Assembly: GCA_026129095.1 (NCBI GenBank)
Contig: JAHCIT010000006.1
Coordinates: forward strand, 239,611 to 259,610
From: Deltaproteobacteria bacterium
GTDB lineage: Bacteria > JAGRBM01 > JAHCIT01
Length of the DNA stretch: 20,000 bases
Direction of reading: 5' to 3'
Of the stretch, positions 15,540-20,000 are shown piece by piece. The position numbers were made by a program, and so were the translations under genes. The notes under the pieces were generated by a model. It saw nothing but the letters and a program-made list of their open reading frames with translations. It was not told where the DNA came from and made no database searches. Numbering within the stretch: position 1 is the stretch's first letter; every line of letters begins with the position of its first letter.

Positions 15540-16328
15540 TCATCCCGCCGCTTCCAGCGGAACGATCTGAAGCCCGGCACCGGCGGAATCCCTGTCCACG
15601 CGGGCCCGGACGCCAAAATACCGGGAGAGATTTTCCGGTGTGATGACTTCCACCGGGCTGCCGCTGGCGGCGATCTTTCCACCAGAGACGAGCAGCAACC
15701 GGTCGCAATACCTCGAAGCCAGTGCCAGATCATGGACGGCAAGCAGGACCCCGCGCCCTTCCCCGGCCAGTCCCCGGACTATTCGCATGGCCTCAAGCTG
15801 GTGCACCAGGTCCAGGTTCGACGTGGGTTCATCAAGCACCAGAAGCCGGGGGTTCTGGGCGATGGCACGGGCGATGAATACCCTCTGGCGCTCGCCGCCG
15901 GACAGCTCGTTTACCGGCCGGTGGGCGAGATGCTCCGTCTCCGTCACCTTCATCGCCAGATTGATCCTGTCAATATCCTCCGGTCCTTCCACGGCAAAAC
16001 GGCCGAGGTAGGGAAAGCGGCCCATTCCGACCACTTCGCGGACCGTGAAGGCAAAGGCAACGGCTGCCTCCTGCGGAACAAAGGCGGCGCGGCGGGCGAT
16101 CTCCCGACGGGACAGGGTTTCGAGGCTGTCGCCACAGAGGCTGATTCCCCCTTTCCAAGGAACCAGCGCGCCCACTGCCAGTTGCAGGACCGTCGATTTG
16201 CCGCTCCCATTCGGCCCGATCAGGGCAACGGTCTCGGACGGTCTGACGGAAAGGGACACTTCTTCCACGACCGGACTGTCGTGGTAGCCGAACGACACTT
16301 TATTCAGCTCAAGCAGATGGGCAGTCAT
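15540..16328 (-). CDS. Cobalamin/heme/Fe-siderophore ABC transporter ATPase (BtuD/FecE/HmuV-like)
   Basis: Walker A GPNGSGKS, signature LSGGERQR, LVLDEPTSNLD, H-loop VHDL. Confidence 0.95.
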   Translation of the reverse strand: MTAHLLELNKVSFGYHDSPVVEEVSLSVRPSETVALIGPNGSGKSTVLQLAVGALVPWKGGISLCGDSLETLSRREIARRAAFVPQEAAVAFAFTVREVVGMGRFPYLGRFAVEGPEDIDRINLAMKVTETEHLAHRPVNELSGGERQRVFIARAIAQNPRLLVLDEPTSNLDLVHQLEAMRIVRGLAGEGRGVLLAVHDLALASRYCDRLLLVSGGKIAASGSPVEVITPENLSRYFGVRARVDRDSAGAGLQIVPLEAAG

Positions 16329-16332
16329 GCGG

Positions 16333-17361
16333 CTATATCCCCAGCCCTCTCCGCTTCCGGATCAGGAGCCAGATGAACACCGGACCGCCGATCACTGCCG
16401 TCAGGATGCCGAGCTGGAGTTCTTCGGGCGGCATGACTAGGCGGCAGCCGATATCGGCCATGGCGAGAAACGCTCCGCCCCAAAGGGCGGCGGCCGGGAG
16501 CAGGTACCGGTGAGCGGGGCCAAGGCTCAGGCGGAGCATGTGAGGTACCACAAGCCCTACGAAGCCGATCGGCCCGGCGACAGCCACCGTGGCCCCCGTG
16601 ACCGCAGCCGTGGCGGCGATGAGGTACAGGCGGACACGGGGCACGTCCACCCCGACCGCCCAGGCCTGCGTCTCGCCCAGGACCAGTGCATCGAGATCCC
16701 GGGCGAAGACGAGGATCACGGCCACGCCCGCCAGCGCCGGGGGGAGCATCATGCGGAGATGATCCCAGTTCCGGCCGGAGAGGCCGCCCATCGTCCAGCT
16801 CAGTATCTGTGATGCCACCTGCCAGTTGGCGAGCGACACCGAGATGATGAACGACGTCGCCGCCACGCAGATGACCCCGATGGCAACACCCGCCAGCAGC
16901 AGGATGCCGGTATCCACCCGCCCGCGGCGGGCCGTCAGCGCATAGACGGTCCAGATTGCGCCCATCCCCCCCACGAAGCTCATGAAGGGCAGCATCCACA
17001 CTGACCAGGCGGCAAGGCCGCTATAGATCGCCACGACACCGCCCAGCGCCGACCCTGACGAGACGCCCAGGATGCCGGGTTCGGCCAGCGGGTTGCGGAA
17101 AAAACCCTGCATGGCGGCACCCGCCACCGCGAGTCCGCCGCCCACGGCGAGCGCCAGCAGCGTCCGTGGCAGCCGCACCGACAGGACGACCGTCTCCTGC
17201 CACGGCTTCCAGAACGGCTCCACCGGCAGGCCCATCCCCCGGCCCAGAATCGCCGCCACCGAACCGAGGCCGATATCCGCGGCCCCGAACAGGAGACCCA
17301 GGAGGAGCGCCCCCACCGCGGCGGCCCCGCCGGCCAGCAGATACCCCGTGCCCCGGTTCAT
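16333..17361 (-). CDS. FecCD/BtuC-family ABC permease
   Basis: RLPR, Q.FFRNPLAEPGILGVS.G, LGE..A..VGV, GPIGFVGLVVPH; ATGA overlap with the upstream binding-protein gene. Confidence 0.96.
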   Translation of the reverse strand: MNRGTGYLLAGGAAAVGALLLGLLFGAADIGLGSVAAILGRGMGLPVEPFWKPWQETVVLSVRLPRTLLALAVGGGLAVAGAAMQGFFRNPLAEPGILGVSSGSALGGVVAIYSGLAAWSVWMLPFMSFVGGMGAIWTVYALTARRGRVDTGILLLAGVAIGVICVAATSFIISVSLANWQVASQILSWTMGGLSGRNWDHLRMMLPPALAGVAVILVFARDLDALVLGETQAWAVGVDVPRVRLYLIAATAAVTGATVAVAGPIGFVGLVVPHMLRLSLGPAHRYLLPAAALWGGAFLAMADIGCRLVMPPEELQLGILTAVIGGPVFIWLLIRKRRGLGI

Positions 17362-18326
17362 TCGGTGAATGCTTCCGGGTGCAGGACGCGGGCCACGCCT
17401 TCGACACCGGACGCCACGTGGTGCGAGAGGTTGATGAGTTCCCTGTCCAGGATTGTGTAAACGCGGCCCGTCCGGACGGCGCCCACCTCCCGCCAGTCCG
17501 GGTTCTTCAGGTACCGGTCCCGGACCACCGCATCGTCTCCGTCACCGTAGCGGGAGAGCAGGATCACATCGGGATCGAGGGCGATAGCGGCCTCGTGCGC
17601 GAGCCGCCGGACCCCGTTAATACCCGCCTCGGTGGCGGCGACGTTGGTTCCGCCCGAACGGTTAATAATGTCATCGATGGTGGTTCCCCGGCCATGCGTG
17701 GTGCTGTCTCCCATGAAGTAGAGAACCCGCGGGCGCGGAAGGCCGGCGACCCGCCGGGCGACGTCTTCCAGCCGGCTGTCGAATGTGGAAACCAGCGCTT
17801 CGCCCCTATCTACATCTCCCGTCGCCAGGGCGATGAGCCGGAGGTTCCTTCGCACGTCATCGATGGCGTTGTAGCCGCTCAAGTACAGCACCGGGATCCC
17901 GGACTGGGCCATGAACCGCACGAAGCTGGTTTCCGTGTAGGCGGATGCCAGCAGGAGGTCCGGCTCCAGAGAGAGGATCTGCTCAGGGTCGTCGTCCACC
18001 AGCGTCACCCCCGGCGGCACACGGTCCACACAGTTCGACGATACCGGATCGGTGGAAAAATAGGTCAGCCCCGCGAGCCGCCCCGGAGCGGCGATTTCGG
18101 TCAGGATTTCATCCCCCAAAAGGACCATGGACACGATCCGCTGCGGCATGGCCGGAATGACCTGCATGTCCCCCGCAGGGCCGGTGAGCGCGAGGGGATA
18201 GCCGCTGCCTTCGATACGGCTCCCCTCCAGCGGGCTTGCACCCACCATCGGCGCCCGGACCGAACGGGCCCATGAAACGCCTGTTCCGAATGCCGCCGCG
18301 AGCAGCAGGATCACCGCAAACCGCAC
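17358..18326 (-). CDS. Periplasmic binding protein, BtuF/HmuT/FecB-like (Peripla_BP_2)
   Basis: GTG start with GAGGT SD; signal peptide; PQRIVS, EQILSLEPDLLL, GGTNVA, LDPDVILL, AVRTGRVY. Confidence 0.92.
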   Translation of the reverse strand: MRFAVILLLAAAFGTGVSWARSVRAPMVGASPLEGSRIEGSGYPLALTGPAGDMQVIPAMPQRIVSMVLLGDEILTEIAAPGRLAGLTYFSTDPVSSNCVDRVPPGVTLVDDDPEQILSLEPDLLLASAYTETSFVRFMAQSGIPVLYLSGYNAIDDVRRNLRLIALATGDVDRGEALVSTFDSRLEDVARRVAGLPRPRVLYFMGDSTTHGRGTTIDDIINRSGGTNVAATEAGINGVRRLAHEAAIALDPDVILLSRYGDGDDAVVRDRYLKNPDWREVGAVRTGRVYTILDRELINLSHHVASGVEGVARVLHPEAFTE

Positions 18327-18453
18327 CGCATTACCTCGCTAGCACCTGCCCCGGCCTCGCGGGGCGATGCCCAAGGCTATACCGGCCACCGGAAGGCGCG
18401 GGCAAGTGGACGGACGACGGCCACATTCGACTATCCCTCCCTGCCGGAATGGC

Positions 18454-18459
18454 TATAAT
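18454..18459 (+). promoter_or_regulatory. Consensus -10 box of the GT2 gene
   Basis: Perfect TATAAT ending 9 nt before ATG 18469; no SD between them. Confidence 0.55.
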
Positions 18460-18468
18460 GCCTGACGC

Positions 18469-19431
18469 ATGATGCCCCCCTCTACCATAAAGGTGGCGCC
18501 GCCGACCGTGTCGGTGGTGATACCGGTTTACAACAGCTCACGCACGATCCCGATCCTGGTGCCGCGGCTGAATACCGTGCTGATGCAGGCGGCCAGCCAG
18601 TTCGAGATCATCCTCGTCAATGACGGAAGCAAGGACGGGAGCTGGAACGAGATCGTCAAGTGCTGCGGCTATCTCCACTCCGTCCGGGGGATCAACCTGT
18701 CCCGGCACTACGGCCAGCACAACGCGCTCCTGTGCGGGATCCGGGCGGCGGCATTCGATGTCATCATCACCGTTGATGACGACCTGATGTTCCAGCCGGA
18801 GGACATTCCCAGGCTGCTCGGGAAGCTGGATCTGGACAAGGACGTCGTTTACGGGACGCCGGATACCGTTCCGCAGGGATGGCGCCGCCGCCTTGCCGAA
18901 AAGTTCAACGGGACCGTTCTCCGGCTCGCCATGAACTCCGAGCATGCCAGCAAGGCGAGCATGTTCCGGCTATTCCGGACGCGCCTGCGCGATGCGTTCG
19001 CGGACTACCAGTCGCCCTTTGTGTCCCTCGATGTGCTCCTGTCCTGGGCGACCACCCGGTTCACGCACGTCGCCGTCACGCCGAACGTGCGCACCACCAC
19101 CGCGCCTCAGGTTCCGCTCGGAAAACTGCTGGTTGACGCCTTGACGCTGGCTACCAGTTTCAATCCGCTGCTCCTCCGCCTGGTGAGCCTGAAAGGATTT
19201 GCCGTTACCGGTTTCGGCCTTGTCCTGTTTGCATGCGCGCTGGCGGGACTGATCTTTTCCGGACACGGCCTGGCGGGCATCGCCCTTCTCGCCGGCGTCG
19301 TCGTGACAGCCCTGGGGATGCAACTGGTCGCCACCGGAATCGTCGGCGAATACATCGCCCGCGTGCATCTCCGGAGCATGGGCAAGCCGTCCTACCTGAT
19401 CCGCGAGGAAGCCGAGCGGCTGGCGCAGTAG
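18469..19431 (+). CDS. GT2 polyprenol-phosphate glycosyltransferase (GtrB/ArnC/DPM-synthase-like)
   Basis: SVVIPVYN, EIILVNDGSKD, LSRHYGQHNAL..G, DxD motif (VDDD), two C-terminal TMs and GIVGEYIAR....KP.Y.I. Confidence 0.93.
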   Translation: MMPPSTIKVAPPTVSVVIPVYNSSRTIPILVPRLNTVLMQAASQFEIILVNDGSKDGSWNEIVKCCGYLHSVRGINLSRHYGQHNALLCGIRAAAFDVIITVDDDLMFQPEDIPRLLGKLDLDKDVVYGTPDTVPQGWRRRLAEKFNGTVLRLAMNSEHASKASMFRLFRTRLRDAFADYQSPFVSLDVLLSWATTRFTHVAVTPNVRTTTAPQVPLGKLLVDALTLATSFNPLLLRLVSLKGFAVTGFGLVLFACALAGLIFSGHGLAGIALLAGVVVTALGMQLVATGIVGEYIARVHLRSMGKPSYLIREEAERLAQ

Positions 19432-19448
19432 CGGAAGCACCGCTTCCG
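19432..19448. terminator. Short hairpin between convergent genes
   Basis: CGGAAGC-ACC-GCTTCCG immediately after the GT2 stop; no U-tract. Confidence 0.35.
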
Positions 19449-19457
19449 GCGTCGCGA

Positions 19458-20000
19458 CTACTCCGCGGCCGGGACCGGTGCGTGAGCGTTCCTGGCCGCG
19501 ACGGCCTGGTCCCACGCCTCCTGGAAATAGAACTGGTACAAGGCCTCCCGGTTCAGGTCGTAGATGATCCGCTCGGCGACGCGGCCCGCGCTGAACAGGT
19601 CGATCCGGAGCGGCCCGGTGAAGGTGGAAACCCTCGGGAACGTCCGCACATGGACGGGTCTTTCCTCCCGGATGTCGTGAAAGACGATTGTTCCCGATGA
19701 ATCCTTGATCGTCGTTTCCACCTGGAAAATCTCGCCGGAAAAGCTGGGCAGGATTCCCAGCGTGTAGCGGGAAACGGCCGTGTAGTAGCCGTAATCCCCT
19801 ACGGACGAAATCCGCACGTCGGCAACGAGGTCGGGGTCCTGAATGTCAGCACCCACGCTTTCAAACATCCGGGACCCGGCATAGGCCAAGTGCGTGGCCC
19901 GCCCGGCCATTTCCGGCACGCCAAAGCGCCGGACGTAGAAGTGATCGACGGGGGATCCGTTGACGGTTCGTTCCGACGAAACGGCCAGCCTCATCGTTAA
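19458..20000 (-). CDS. Hypothetical protein, probably 5'-truncated by the window edge
   Basis: 178-aa ORF from ATG 19994. The frame stays open (TTA ACG) to the edge, the composition is protein-like, and I recognise no motif. Confidence 0.65.
   Translation of the reverse strand, partial: LTMRLAVSSERTVNGSPVDHFYVRRFGVPEMAGRATHLAYAGSRMFESVGADIQDPDLVADVRISSVGDYGYYTAVSRYTLGILPSFSGEIFQVETTIKDSSGTIVFHDIREERPVHVRTFPRVSTFTGPLRIDLFSAGRVAERIIYDLNREALYQFYFQEAWDQAVAARNAHAPVPAAE

Noticed and set aside
1-20000. CRISPR arrays, tRNA/rRNA, integrases, toxin-antitoxin or defence genes
   Set aside because: No regularly spaced repeats or recognisable motifs were seen, and the intergenic gaps are short.

Overview
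GC-rich bacterial chromosomal window; the gene set suggests a diderm, probably Myxococcota/'deltaproteobacterial' lineage, but this is an inference. From left to right it holds: (1) a minus-strand run of UbiB/ABC1 atypical kinase, acyl-CoA dehydrogenase, MaoC dehydratase and a long 3'-truncated ORF missing from the ORF track, encoding an aminotransferase class I/II fold without the PLP lysine; (2) two tandem 491-aa GT-C-like membrane paralogs sharing an identical 271-bp core and a duplicated promoter; (3) an Omp85-type barrel with no recognisable POTRA domain; (4) a ParA ATPase fused to two Cys4 TRASH-like repeats, followed by a small RHH-like partner; (5) bolA-grxD, a FecR-domain protein, MarC and a thioredoxin-like [2Fe-2S] ferredoxin; (6) an orphan GAF-GAF histidine kinase; (7) a BtuCDF/FecCDE-type ABC transporter; (8) a GtrB/ArnC-like GT2; (9) a partial hypothetical gene. 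I saw no rRNA, tRNA, CRISPR array or mobile element. The best candidates for new biology are the TRASH-ParA plus partner module with its upstream repeat array, the aminotransferase-fold pseudoenzyme, and the GT-C pair. All family calls rest on motif recognition by eye, not on database searches.
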